Of a stretch of DNA of 64,000 nt, positions 20,878-30,760 are shown piece by piece. Position numbers and translations under genes: made by a program. Under the pieces are notes generated by a model. The model was given only the letters and a program-made list of their open reading frames with translations. It was not told the DNA's origin and searched no databases. How positions within the stretch are numbered: the stretch's first letter is position 1; each line of letters starts with the position of its first letter. Source of the DNA: Chloroflexota bacterium (lineage in GTDB: Bacteria > Chloroflexota > Limnocylindria > Limnocylindrales > CSP1-4). The stretch spans positions 121,818-185,817 of the forward strand of contig CAKKPP010000004.1 in NCBI GenBank assembly GCA_919901745.1, written 5' to 3'.

Positions 20878-21834
20878 TCATCCGTCCGGAGCGTCCAGCT
20901 CACGGGCGTAGGCTGGGAAACGGAACCGCTGCTCGCGGGTGAGCAGACCGCCATGTCCGAGGCCGGACACGAGGCGCGGGCCGGGGCGTTCGCCGGTCAG
21001 GAGACGCGGCAGGACGAGGTCCGCCGCGGTGGCTTTCGAATAGGCGCCGCAGGTCGGCAGGCCCAGGACGGCGACCCGGCCGATCCGCCCGAGCCACAGC
21101 ATGGAACCGGGGTGCGCCGGCACGCCACGGCGGACGACGCTCCCACCGAGCTCCTCGACCGCGCCGTAGAACGGGTCCGCCGGGTCGGTACTGCCGCCGC
21201 CCGCGGTGAGGATCACGTCGGCCCGATCCCGACCCGACGCGAGCTCCCGCATCGCGCCACCAACCGCCGCGTCATCAGGTGCATACGTGATCCCGATCAG
21301 CGTGGAGCCGAGCCCCTCCACCTTGTCGGCGACGCTCGCCTCGAAGCGCTCGCGGGCCACGGAGTGGATCGCCTCGCGGACGACGACCCCCACCCGGCGC
21401 GGAACGAACGGCGCGACCCGGACGATCGGGCGCCGGCCGAAGCCGGCCTGGCGGCGCCCGGCCTCCACGACTGCCTCGTCGACGACATGCGGCGCGACCT
21501 TGACGCTCGCGACGAGCTGTCCGGCCTTGACCACGGACCCGTCGAACGCGGTGAACACCTCGAGGGGGTCGATCCGGTTGATGCGCTCCAGGGCGGCCGT
21601 TCGGACGTGGAGCACGCCGTCCACCGCGGCGACGAGGTCCACCCGACTTTGTGCGGGACCACGGGTCGTCAGCCCCTCGCCGGCGACGGCGTCGGCCAGC
21701 GACATTGCTGCATCGTCCTCGTGGACGTCACCTTGTTCCAGGACGAGGACGGTGACGCCGCCATCTCCCAGCGCGGCGGGATCGGTCGCCAAGGCGCGAA
21801 GATCCTCCAGCGAAAGGCGCCGCCCCTTCGGCAT
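20878..21834 (-). CDS. Molybdopterin-binding (MoCF-biosynthesis/MogA-MoeA-like domain) protein
   Basis: C-terminal LTAGGGSTDPADP glycine-rich motif typical of the MoCF_biosynth fold. ATG 21834 (MPKGRRLSLEDL). The remainder of track ORF 20878..22902 is an alternate-frame shadow of coxM. Confidence 0.6.
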   Translation of the reverse strand: MPKGRRLSLEDLRALATDPAALGDGGVTVLVLEQGDVHEDDAAMSLADAVAGEGLTTRGPAQSRVDLVAAVDGVLHVRTAALERINRIDPLEVFTAFDGSVVKAGQLVASVKVAPHVVDEAVVEAGRRQAGFGRRPIVRVAPFVPRRVGVVVREAIHSVARERFEASVADKVEGLGSTLIGITYAPDDAAVGGAMRELASGRDRADVILTAGGGSTDPADPFYGAVEELGGSVVRRGVPAHPGSMLWLGRIGRVAVLGLPTCGAYSKATAADLVLPRLLTGERPGPRLVSGLGHGGLLTREQRFRFPAYARELDAPDG

Positions 21835-21950
21835 GCGCACTCCACCCGCGACGAGGTCGCGGGTCAGGACCGACCCCTCGAGTGAGGCCGGCGGATGCGC
21901 GCCGGGCAGGATCCGCTCGACGCGCACGCGCGTTGCCGCCGCAGGGCGGG

Positions 21951-22796
21951 CTAGCCGGCCCGCGCCAGCGCGGCCTCGATCGCCCGACCCGCGTAGACCA
22001 CAGCCATCGCCGCGCGGTAGGTCGCATCGGCGTGAATGTCCGAGTTCACCTCGACGCCATCGGTCGCATGCGCCGCCGCGGCGGCGATCGCCTTCCCCGA
22101 GGCATCGCTGCCGACAAGCGCCGCCTCGACGTCCGTAGCCCGGTACGGATGCTCGTGGACTCCAGTGACGCCGATCCTGGCGTGGCTGATGCTGCCGCCG
22201 CTCTTCGCGATGACGGCCGCCACGCCCACGATCGAGTAGCCCGATGCCGGCTGCGCGAGCTTCGCGTAGCCGAACCCGGCCCCGGCCGGGACCGCCGGTC
22301 GGCGGATTGCCACGAGGATCTCGTCGTCCCTGATCCCGCTCACGAACGCACCTTCGAAGAACCCGTCGAGGGGCACGACGCGCTCCCCGCCAGGACCGCG
22401 GAGCACCGCCGAGCCGTCGAACGCCAGTGCGATCGCCGGGAAGTCGGACGCGGGATCGGCATGAGCGATCGCGCCGCCCACCGTGCCCAGGTGGCGAACC
22501 TGGACGTCGGCGATCTGGTCGATCGCCTCGCGGACGCCCGGGTAGGTCGTGGCGGCACGCCACTCGGCGTAGGTGGTCAGCGCCCCGATCTCCAGGCTTC
22601 CATCCGCCTGCGGACGGAAGCCCCTGAGCTCGGCGATCCGGCCGATGTCGACCAGTCGATCGACGGATGCCAGCCGGAGCTTGAGCAACGGCAGGATGCT
22701 CTGGCCGCCGGCGATGACCTTGGCCCCGCCGCGCACGGCGGCGATGGCCTCGTCGAGCGATCCGGCGCGGGTGTACTCGAACGCGGCCGGGATCAT
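21951..22796 (-). CDS. Form II CODH-like medium subunit, FAD-binding (CoxM paralog)
   Basis: MIPAAFEYTRAGSLDEAIAAVRGG...[17 protein letters not shown] 22796 with GGGAGG RBS. ATGA overlap with the upstream large subunit. Confidence 0.85.
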   Translation of the reverse strand: MIPAAFEYTRAGSLDEAIAAVRGGAKVIAGGQSILPLLKLRLASVDRLVDIGRIAELRGFRPQADGSLEIGALTTYAEWRAATTYPGVREAIDQIADVQVRHLGTVGGAIAHADPASDFPAIALAFDGSAVLRGPGGERVVPLDGFFEGAFVSGIRDDEILVAIRRPAVPAGAGFGYAKLAQPASGYSIVGVAAVIAKSGGSISHARIGVTGVHEHPYRATDVEAALVGSDASGKAIAAAAAHATDGVEVNSDIHADATYRAAMAVVYAGRAIEAALARAG

Positions 22797-25195
22797 GCCT
22801 GGCCTCCCTTCGCGGACTGGATGGCACGCCACACGGTCTGTGCCGTGTACGGCATGTCGAGATGACGGATGCCCAGCGGCGAAAGGGCATCGACGACGGC
22901 ATTGGCGACGGCCGCCGTGCTGGCGATCGCCCCGGCCTCGCCGACCCCCTTCACCCCGAGCGGGTTCACGGGCGACGGGGTCACCGTCTCATCCAGTTCC
23001 AGCATCGGCAGCCACGATGCCCGCGGCAGCGCGTAGTCGAGCATCGAACCCGACAGGAGCTGCCCGTCATCGCCGTAGATGGCGCCCTCCCAGAGGGCCT
23101 GTCCGACACCCTGGACGATGCCGCCATGGAGCTGGCCGTCCACGATCATCGGGTTGATCTTCTTGCCGACATCGTCGACGGCGATGTAACGAACGAGATC
23201 GACCTTGCCGGTCGCCTCGTCGATCTCGACGATCGCGACATGGGTCCCGAACGGCCACGTGCAGTTCGGCGTGTCGTGATAGACGGTCTCGTCGAGATAC
23301 GGCTCCATGCCTTCGGGAAGGCTGAACCCCAGGCCGATCGCGAAGGAGATCTCCTGGAAGGTTTTCACCTTGTCGGGCGATCCCTTGACCGAGTAATTCG
23401 CGCCGTCGACTTCGATGTCGTCGACGGAGGCCTCGAGCATGTGCGCCGCATAGCGGCGTGCCTTCTCGCGGATCTTGGCCGCGGCCTTCACCGCCGCGGT
23501 GCCGCCCACCGACGCCGTCCGGCTGCCGTACGAGCCATAGCCGAACGGGGCACCCTGGGTGTCCGAGTGCTGGATGACGACGTCCTCCATCGGGATCCCC
23601 AGCTCGTGGGAGACGATCTGGGCGTAGGTCGTCTCGTGGCCCTGGCCCTGCGGCTGGGTGCCCATGGTGACGACGACCTTGCCGGTGAGGTGAACCCGGA
23701 TGTTGGACGACTCCCACATCGCCGCCCCCCAGCCCTCGCCGACGGCACCGATCCACTTGGACGGCGCGACGCCGCACACTTCGATGTACGTGCTGAGCCC
23801 GACGCCGAGGAGCTTGCCGCGCTTCCTCGCGTCGGCCTTCGCCTTGTCCATCTCGTAATAGCCGGCCGTCGTGAGCGCCTTGTTGAGTGCCGGCTCGTAG
23901 TTCCCGGAATCAATGTAGATCTTGGCGCCACCAGAGGCCGTCCCGAGCCCCGACGGGTTCTCGTACGGGAACTGGTCCGGCGGGATGAAGTTCCTGCGAC
24001 GAACCGCGGCGGGATCCATGCCGATCTCGTCGGCGAACAGGTCCATCGCCCGTTCGATGACGTAGGTCGCCTCGGGGCGGCCCGCACCGCGGTAGGCGTC
24101 AACGAACGTCGTGTTCGTGTAGACGCCGGTCACTTCGGCGTAGACGTTCGGGATGAGGTAGCAGCCCGAGAGCACACGGGCGTAGAGCGTGGTTGGAACA
24201 CCCGGACCGATCGTCGAGAGGCGACCGCCGAGGTTGGCGAGCGTCTTGACGCGCAGACCCGTGATCTCGCCATCCCGCTTCCCGGCAATCTCGAGGTAGG
24301 TCACATGATCCCGGCCGTGGGTCGTGGACTGGTAGTTCTCGCGGCGAGTCTCCACCCACTTCACGGGCCGGCCGCCGATCGCCTTGCTGGCGAACATGAC
24401 GAGCGCCATGTCCGCGTAGCAGAAGATCTTGGTGCCGAACGCGCCGCCGACGTCCGGGCTGATGCAGCGAACCTTGTGCTCGGGAATGCCGGTCACGAAG
24501 GCGGCGAGCAGCAGGCGCTGGATGTGCGGGGTCTGGCTCGACATCCAGATCGTGTACTCATCCGCTCCCGGGTTGTACCAGCCGATGTCGCCGCGGGTCT
24601 CCATCGGGTTCGGGATGAGCCGCTGGTTGACGAGCCGCTGGCGGACGACCACCTCGGCCCCATCGACCGCCGCGTCCGTCCCCGCCTTGTCCCCGACCGA
24701 CCACTCGAACACGACATTGTTCGGGGCGTTCTCGTGGAGCTGCGGCGCGCCGTCGGCCATCGCCTTCTCGACGTCGACCACGGCCGGAAGACGCTCCCAG
24801 TCGACCTTGATGGCCTCGAGCGCGTCGTTGGCCTGAGACGCCGTCTCGGCGATGACCGCCGCGACGCCTTCGCCGGTCCACTTGACGCTATCGGTGGCCA
24901 GGGCGCGTGGCGTGTTGATGTTGTTCTGGATCCCTGCCGATCCGCCGGCCGGCCACGCCATCGGGAGCGGGTTGTACGGGATGTCGGCGCCGACGAACAC
25001 GGCGACCACGCCGGGCATCGCCTTCGCGGCGGACGCATCGATGGAGCGGATGTTGGCGTGTGCATAGGGGCTGCGCAGGATGGCCATGTGGGTCATCCCG
25101 GGCATCGTGATGTCGTCGAGGTAGCGACCCCCACCCGTGATGAGGCGCGGGTCCTCGACCCGCTTGACGGAGGTTCCGAGCACGTCGGTGGTCAT
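22793..25195 (-). CDS. Form II CODH-like large subunit (xanthine dehydrogenase-family molybdopterin subunit)
   Basis: 800 aa. N-terminus MTTDVLGTSVKRVEDPRLITGGGRY. Active-site loop VDAYRGAGRPE (AYRGAGR form II signature). Confidence 0.85.
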   Translation of the reverse strand: MTTDVLGTSVKRVEDPRLITGGGRYLDDITMPGMTHMAILRSPYAHANIRSIDASAAKAMPGVVAVFVGADIPYNPLPMAWPAGGSAGIQNNINTPRALATDSVKWTGEGVAAVIAETASQANDALEAIKVDWERLPAVVDVEKAMADGAPQLHENAPNNVVFEWSVGDKAGTDAAVDGAEVVVRQRLVNQRLIPNPMETRGDIGWYNPGADEYTIWMSSQTPHIQRLLLAAFVTGIPEHKVRCISPDVGGAFGTKIFCYADMALVMFASKAIGGRPVKWVETRRENYQSTTHGRDHVTYLEIAGKRDGEITGLRVKTLANLGGRLSTIGPGVPTTLYARVLSGCYLIPNVYAEVTGVYTNTTFVDAYRGAGRPEATYVIERAMDLFADEIGMDPAAVRRRNFIPPDQFPYENPSGLGTASGGAKIYIDSGNYEPALNKALTTAGYYEMDKAKADARKRGKLLGVGLSTYIEVCGVAPSKWIGAVGEGWGAAMWESSNIRVHLTGKVVVTMGTQPQGQGHETTYAQIVSHELGIPMEDVVIQHSDTQGAPFGYGSYGSRTASVGGTAAVKAAAKIREKARRYAAHMLEASVDDIEVDGANYSVKGSPDKVKTFQEISFAIGLGFSLPEGMEPYLDETVYHDTPNCTWPFGTHVAIVEIDEATGKVDLVRYIAVDDVGKKINPMIVDGQLHGGIVQGVGQALWEGAIYGDDGQLLSGSMLDYALPRASWLPMLELDETVTPSPVNPLGVKGVGEAGAIASTAAVANAVVDALSPLGIRHLDMPYTAQTVWRAIQSAKGGQA

Positions 25196-25205
25196 CTTCG
25201 GCCTC

Positions 25206-25712
25206 CTATGCCTGACTTGCCGGCGCGGCCGGTGCAGCGGATCCCGCGCGCATCACGGCGGCCGCCTCACGGATCGCCAGGACGATGTTCTGGTAGCCCG
25301 TGCAGCGACAGATGTTGCCCTCGATCGCATGGCGGATCTCGTCATCGGACGGGTCGTCATCGCGGGCGATGAGATCGGCAGCCGCCATGATCATGCCGGG
25401 GGTGCAGAAGCCGCACTGGAGTCCGTGCTTCTCCCAGAACGCGGCCTGGATCGGGTGGAGGTTCTCTGGGGTCCCCATCCCCTCGATCGTCGTGATCGAG
25501 CGACCGTCGGCCTGGACGGCCAGCATCGAACACGACTTCACGGCCATGCCGTCCAGCTGAACGGTGCACGCGCCGCATTGCGAGGTGTCGCAACCGATGT
25601 GGGTCCCGGTCAGGCCCAGGTCCTCCCGAATGGCCTGGACCAGGAGCCGCCTGGGCTCGACCTCCAACGATCGGCTGACGCCGTTCACGGTGAGCGTGAT
25701 GTGCTCGGTCAC
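25206..25712 (-). CDS. Form II CODH-like small subunit, 2x[2Fe-2S] (CoxS paralog)
   Basis: [11 protein letters not shown] and CGFCTPG...CRCTGY. GTG 25712 with GGAAGGAGG RBS. The track ORF reaches 25826. Confidence 0.85.
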   Translation of the reverse strand: MTEHITLTVNGVSRSLEVEPRRLLVQAIREDLGLTGTHIGCDTSQCGACTVQLDGMAVKSCSMLAVQADGRSITTIEGMGTPENLHPIQAAFWEKHGLQCGFCTPGMIMAAADLIARDDDPSDDEIRHAIEGNICRCTGYQNIVLAIREAAAVMRAGSAAPAAPASQA

Positions 25713-25898
25713 CGGCTGGACCTCCTTCCGTGCGCACAGGCCGGCGGGTTCGTACCGGGCTGCGTCGCGTCCCTCGGGTTGGTTCGATGGTGCAGATGTG
25801 AGCGTCCATGCTCGCACCGTCGGCAACGGGAATCAAGGCCGATTCGCGGGTGGTGAAACGTGGCTCGTGGGCCGAGGGGTAGCCCGGACCTGCGACGG

Positions 25899-28800
25899 TC
25901 AGGCTCCGTCGCTCGACATCGCGGGCTCGGCCGGCGCGGCGGAGGGGATTCGTCGACTCCTGGTCGCATCGAGCACGGAGTCGAGTCGGGCAATGAAGGC
26001 GCGGGCACCCAGGCGCTCGAAGATCTCGCGCGCCTCCGCGGCGGCGGACGGCGTACCCGGCTCGCTCGGGAGGAGCGTCACCCGGTCGAGCAGCGTCATC
26101 GCCATCGGGTAGGTCGCTCCAAGCGCGCGGAGTCGAGCCACCGAATCGTCGAAGCCGGCGACCGCCCCGGCCACGTCGCCGTCGATTGCGAGCAGAGCTG
26201 CCTCCATGCCGAGGAGGGTCGCGCGGGTCAGGTTGAGCCTGGACGCGAAGTGATCGCGCATCAAGGTGAGCGCGTCGACGAGCAGATTCCGCTTTCCGGA
26301 CCACGCGGCGGCTCGGCACCAGATCTCGAGCGCAGAGTCCCAGTCGGAGAACCACCCGCTCTCCGCCTGCGGGGTCGCCTCGGCCACCTTCGCGGCGGAC
26401 CCTTCGGCCAGCATGATCTGCGCCTCTGCCGCGGCCAGGATGAGACCGATCTGGGGGTCGGCGCGGCCGTCGAGGGCGCCGCGCATCTCGGCGAGAAGGT
26501 TCCGCACGGCATCGAAGTCGCCCTGCGCGGCCAGCATGTCGAGGATCGCGCCCATCGCGAAGTAGCTCGAGATCCCCTTGTGGTAGTCCGGCTCCAGCCC
26601 CGACATCGCCGACCTGATCCAGTCCCAATCGCCGAGGACGAGGGCGGTTGACGAAGCGTTCCCGAACAGGCTGAGCGCCCAGCCCATGTCGCCACGCGCG
26701 AGCGCCCGCTCGTGGCCCTCCCGGGCGATCGAGAACGCCATGGCCGGCCCTTCCGCGGCCCACCATGCCGACAGGTTCATCCGGGCTCGGCACTCCGCGT
26801 TGAACACGCCCTCCCGCTCCGAAAGCGCGATCGCGCCCAGGAAGAGCGCTGCCGCCTCCTGGGTGCGGCCATGCTCGGAGAGGGCCCAACCCTTCGACGC
26901 CAGGATCTCGGCGATGACCGCCCGCAGGTCCAGCCGTTCCGCGACCGGCAGCGTCGCCTCGATGATCTGAAGCGCCTCCGGGAACTCGCCGGACATCAGG
27001 TGGGCCCGCGCGAGTTCGGCCGCGAGTCGCGCCGTCGCCGCGGAACCGATTTCGCCGCCGGCGTGCTGCAACCCGGCGCTCAACGTTGCCACGGCATCCA
27101 TGGGACGTCCGTCGTTGACGAGGGCGAGACCTTCCCACGTCGTCGCGCGAGCAACCCCTTCACCGTCGCCGTGAGCGAGGTATCGCTCACGCACGGCCCG
27201 GGCGCGCTCGACCACGAATGCGTGTCGGCCGACGGTGACGCCGATCTCCAGGATCGCCTCCTCAATCGGCATTCGCTGGGAGTCGTCATCTTCGTCGCTG
27301 AGCCCGAGCGCCTCCTCGAGGTAGCCGATGGATCGCTCATGAGCACCCAGCGCTCGCGCCCGATCTGCGGCCGCGACGAGGGCGTCCCGGGCTCGGTCCC
27401 GAAGAGCGGCCGCCTCGTCGTCCGCCGAAGCTCGGTAGGCCAGGACGAGGTGGCTGGCAATCACCCCGGCCAGTTCGTCGCTCCCGCTCGCACCGAACAG
27501 GTCCGCTGCGGCCAGATGGCGCAAGACCCGCTCCCGGCGCGACAATCGCCCGTACACGACCTCGCGCATCAGCCCCTGGACAAACCGGTGCTGGCCCCGG
27601 GTCGGCGAGCGCGGCTCGTCGTCCAGCTCGAGGATCTCGCGACCCACCAGCTTCACCAGGGCGACGGCCACCTCGCGATCTCCCCCGCCGCGCAGCGCGC
27701 TGATCGAAGAGGCCGCGAACATCTGGCCGATAACGGCGCCATAGCCAAGGACGTCCCGCTCCGCGTCGCTGAGCGTGTCGAGGCGGGCGCTGAGCAGACC
27801 CGTGAGGGACTCGGGAACAGCGAGCGATGCGAGCGATCCGGTCAGCCGGTAGCGACCGTCGGTCTCCGTGAGCGTGCCCTGGTCTTCGAGCATCCGGACC
27901 GTCTCGACCGCGTAGAGCGGGACGCCCTCGGATCGATCCCGGATGGCCTCGATCGCGGAGGGCGGGATGCCTGGGACCAGGCCGACGAGCAGCAGCTCCA
28001 TCGCGTCATCGCTGATCGGGCCGAGTTCCACGCCCGTCACCCGACGCAAGCCGGCACCCCAGGTCGGTCGCCGCTCGATCAGCTCCGGTCGGGCCAGGGT
28101 GACGACGAGGATCGGCCGATGCTTCGGGGACCCCACGAGCGACTCGATGAAGTCGAGGAGTCCCGCCTCGGCCCAGTGCACGTCCTCGAAGACGAGGACC
28201 GTGGTGGCCTTTTCCGCGATCCGCTCGAACAGGGTCCGCCACGCGGCATAGATCTCGTCGACATCCCCGGGCGGCATCTCGCCGAGGCCGAGCAGGCCGG
28301 CCAGCCGGCTGCCGACCCGCTCTCGCTCGTCGGCGTCGACCAGGTGATCGCGGAGCATCGTGTCGAGCTTCGCGGTCGACGTCTGCCGGTCATCGCTTTC
28401 GAGGATCCCGGCTCGGCCCCGGACCATCTCGCCGAGCGCCCAGAACGCGAGGCCCTCGCCGTACGCGGGCGAACGACCGTGATGCCAGTAGACGGTCCCG
28501 ACGAGGCCGTCGAGGTACTTCGACAACTCCCAGGCGAGGCGCGTCTTGCCGATCCCGGCGATCCCGATGACCGACACCAGGCGGGCTCGACCCTCGCGCT
28601 CCGTCGCGTGGAACATCTCCTTGAGCAGACGCAGCTCGTCGTCGCGGCCGACGAACGGCGGCTCGAGTCGGGCGGTGCGGCCGGCGCCGCCGATGCCCCC
28701 AACGACGCGGGTGGCCTGCCAGGCCTGCACTCGATCGGCCTTGCCCTTGAGCTCGAATTCGCCGGCAGGTTCGTAGGCGATGGCCCGTTCCGTGGCCCGG

Positions 28801-29471
28801 ACCGTCGCCTCGCCCACCAGGACCGTGCCCGGTTCGGCGACACCCTGGAGACGGCTCGCGGTATTCACCAGGTCGCCGGTCACCATGCCCTGCCCCACGG
28901 CCAGCGGATCGACCGCCGCCTCGCCGGTGAGCACCGCCGCGCGCACGTTCATCCGGGGCCAATCGGCAGCGCCCGACGGCAGCGCCTTGACCGCGTCGAT
29001 GACTTCGAGCGCCGCGCGGACGGCTCGCTCGGCGTCGTCCTCCTTCGCCTGGGGGGTCCCCCACACCGCCATGACCGCGTCACCGATGAACTTCTCGACG
29101 GTCCCGCCGTAGCGCTCGATCCGCTCGCGCGCCACCTCGAAGTAGCCGGACAGCATGTCGCGGACGACCTCTGGATCGCGATCGGCCGCGAGAGCCGTGT
29201 AGCCGACCAGATCGGCGAAGAGCACGGTCACAAGGCGGCGTTCGGTCGCACGCGGCGGAGCCGCTCCACCTGGGTCCGGCAGCACCGCGCCGGCCGCGCC
29301 GCCTCCGGACCTCGGCAGTTCCGAGCCGCACGTCCCGCAGAAACGATCGTCCGGGTCGTTGGACGCACCGCAGACAGGGCAGCCGGCCGCCAGCGGCTTG
29401 CCGCACGCGCGACAGAACCGGCGATCGGGGCGATTCGCCGTGGAGCAGTTCGAGCAGACGATGTCCGCCAC
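25899..29471 (-). CDS. Multidomain signalling protein: double zinc-ribbon + class III adenylyl/guanylyl cyclase + AAA/NB-ARC-like ATPase + TPR-like helical repeats
   Basis: N-terminal CSNCS..CRACG..CPVCG..CGTCG. Cyclase core LVTVLFADLVGYTALA...FIGDAVMAVWG...GDLVNTASRLQ. P-loop GIAGIGKTRLA. A long Ala/Leu-rich C-terminal repeat region. No LuxR HTH at the C-terminus. Confidence 0.8.
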   Translation of the reverse strand: MADIVCSNCSTANRPDRRFCRACGKPLAAGCPVCGASNDPDDRFCGTCGSELPRSGGGAAGAVLPDPGGAAPPRATERRLVTVLFADLVGYTALAADRDPEVVRDMLSGYFEVARERIERYGGTVEKFIGDAVMAVWGTPQAKEDDAERAVRAALEVIDAVKALPSGAADWPRMNVRAAVLTGEAAVDPLAVGQGMVTGDLVNTASRLQGVAEPGTVLVGEATVRATERAIAYEPAGEFELKGKADRVQAWQATRVVGGIGGAGRTARLEPPFVGRDDELRLLKEMFHATEREGRARLVSVIGIAGIGKTRLAWELSKYLDGLVGTVYWHHGRSPAYGEGLAFWALGEMVRGRAGILESDDRQTSTAKLDTMLRDHLVDADERERVGSRLAGLLGLGEMPPGDVDEIYAAWRTLFERIAEKATTVLVFEDVHWAEAGLLDFIESLVGSPKHRPILVVTLARPELIERRPTWGAGLRRVTGVELGPISDDAMELLLVGLVPGIPPSAIEAIRDRSEGVPLYAVETVRMLEDQGTLTETDGRYRLTGSLASLAVPESLTGLLSARLDTLSDAERDVLGYGAVIGQMFAASSISALRGGGDREVAVALVKLVGREILELDDEPRSPTRGQHRFVQGLMREVVYGRLSRRERVLRHLAAADLFGASGSDELAGVIASHLVLAYRASADDEAAALRDRARDALVAAADRARALGAHERSIGYLEEALGLSDEDDDSQRMPIEEAILEIGVTVGRHAFVVERARAVRERYLAHGDGEGVARATTWEGLALVNDGRPMDAVATLSAGLQHAGGEIGSAATARLAAELARAHLMSGEFPEALQIIEATLPVAERLDLRAVIAEILASKGWALSEHGRTQEAAALFLGAIALSEREGVFNAECRARMNLSAWWAAEGPAMAFSIAREGHERALARGDMGWALSLFGNASSTALVLGDWDWIRSAMSGLEPDYHKGISSYFAMGAILDMLAAQGDFDAVRNLLAEMRGALDGRADPQIGLILAAAEAQIMLAEGSAAKVAEATPQAESGWFSDWDSALEIWCRAAAWSGKRNLLVDALTLMRDHFASRLNLTRATLLGMEAALLAIDGDVAGAVAGFDDSVARLRALGATYPMAMTLLDRVTLLPSEPGTPSAAAEAREIFERLGARAFIARLDSVLDATRSRRIPSAAPAEPAMSSDGA

Positions 29472-29500
29472 GTCGCGATCCCTCCGTTAGACCGACCAGA

Positions 29501-30760
29501 CTAGCGGGCCGCCGCAACCTCATCGATCGCGGCCCCGAAGCCGTCGACGATCGCGCTGATCTCGCCCTCGGTGATCGTGAACGCGGGCGAGAACTGGAGG
29601 GCGTGGCCGCGCAGGACGCGCGTGGCGACGCCGTGGCGCTGCGCGGCCGTGACGACCCGCTCCGGCAGGCCCGGGTCGCGCGCGAGGACCTCGGGATCGA
29701 AGGCGACCGCGCCGGTGAGGCCGACGGTTCTGACCTCGGACACGAGCGGCAGCCCCTCCAGGCGTCGCAGCGCGGTGTCCACCACCGGCTCCAACGTCTT
29801 GACGCGATCGACGAGGGCCTCCTCCTCCAGGATGTCGAGGTTGGCCATCCCCGCGGCCGCCGCGCCGGCGTGGCCGGAGTACGTGTAACCGTGGCGGAAG
29901 ACGGCGCCCGGCACCGGGTCGTCCCAGAACGGCGCCCGCACCCGCTTCCCGACCAGCACGCCGCCCAGCGGCACGTAGCCCGACGAAACGCCCTTGGCGA
30001 ACGTGATCATGTCCGGCTGGATGCCGTAGCGGGTCGTCGCGAACCACTCCCCGGTCCGCCCGAATCCCGTGATCACCTCGTCGGCGATCAGCAGGACATC
30101 GTGCTCACGACACAGCCTGTTCACGCTCGGCCAGTAGTCCTCCGTGGGCGGGAGGACGCCGCCGGCACCGATGACCGGCTCGCCGATGAACGCCGCGATC
30201 TCCGCGCCGCGCTCCTCGAACAGGCGCCCAAGGCCGTCCACGTCCATCGATCCCACGTGGACGACCTCGTCGATGAAGTCGCCACCGTAGCCGCTGCGCA
30301 TCGCCGCCATGCCGACGAGCGACGTGCCCCAGCCGTGCATCCCGTGATACGCGAGCTCCCGCGACACGATGATCCGCCGCTCCGGGTGCCCGAGGACGTC
30401 CCAGTAGCGCCGCGCGAGCTTGGCCGCCGTGTCGACGGCGTCCGAGCCGCCCGAGCCGAGGAAGACGACGGTATCGGGCATCGGGGACATCGCCGCGAGG
30501 CGGTCGGCCAGGCGGATGGACGGCTCCGTGGTGTACGCCCCAAACGACGAATACGAGGATAGCCGCGTGAGCTGGTCCGCGACCGCGTTCGCGATGCTCT
30601 CGCGGCCATACCCGACGTTGCAGTACCAGAGCGCGGCCGTGGCGTCGAGGTACTCATTGCCGGCCGTGTCGACAAGGCGGATCCCGTCGGCCCGCTCGAT
30701 GACGAGCTCGTTCGAGGCGACGGTATGCATGTCGGCGAAGCCGTGCCAGAACGTGCTCAT
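29501..30760 (-). CDS. Class III (omega-type) aminotransferase, PLP-dependent
   Basis: GSGGSDAVDTAAKLAR, DEVITGFGRTGEWF, TFAKGVSSGY (PLP lysine region). Confidence 0.85.
   Translation of the reverse strand: MSTFWHGFADMHTVASNELVIERADGIRLVDTAGNEYLDATAALWYCNVGYGRESIANAVADQLTRLSSYSSFGAYTTEPSIRLADRLAAMSPMPDTVVFLGSGGSDAVDTAAKLARRYWDVLGHPERRIIVSRELAYHGMHGWGTSLVGMAAMRSGYGGDFIDEVVHVGSMDVDGLGRLFEERGAEIAAFIGEPVIGAGGVLPPTEDYWPSVNRLCREHDVLLIADEVITGFGRTGEWFATTRYGIQPDMITFAKGVSSGYVPLGGVLVGKRVRAPFWDDPVPGAVFRHGYTYSGHAGAAAAGMANLDILEEEALVDRVKTLEPVVDTALRRLEGLPLVSEVRTVGLTGAVAFDPEVLARDPGLPERVVTAAQRHGVATRVLRGHALQFSPAFTITEGEISAIVDGFGAAIDEVAAAR

Noticed and set aside
21835-22902. Upstream part of 674-aa ORF 20878..22902
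   Set aside because: It overlaps the coxM-paralog in a different frame. The real gene (MoCF-binding protein) starts at ATG 21834 after a 117-nt gap.
22862-25372. 836-aa plus-strand ORF
   Set aside because: Antisense shadow of the form II large and small subunit genes. No domain signatures.
26712-29504. 930-aa plus-strand ORF
   Set aside because: Antisense to the cyclase/AAA/TPR gene. Composition-only ORF.
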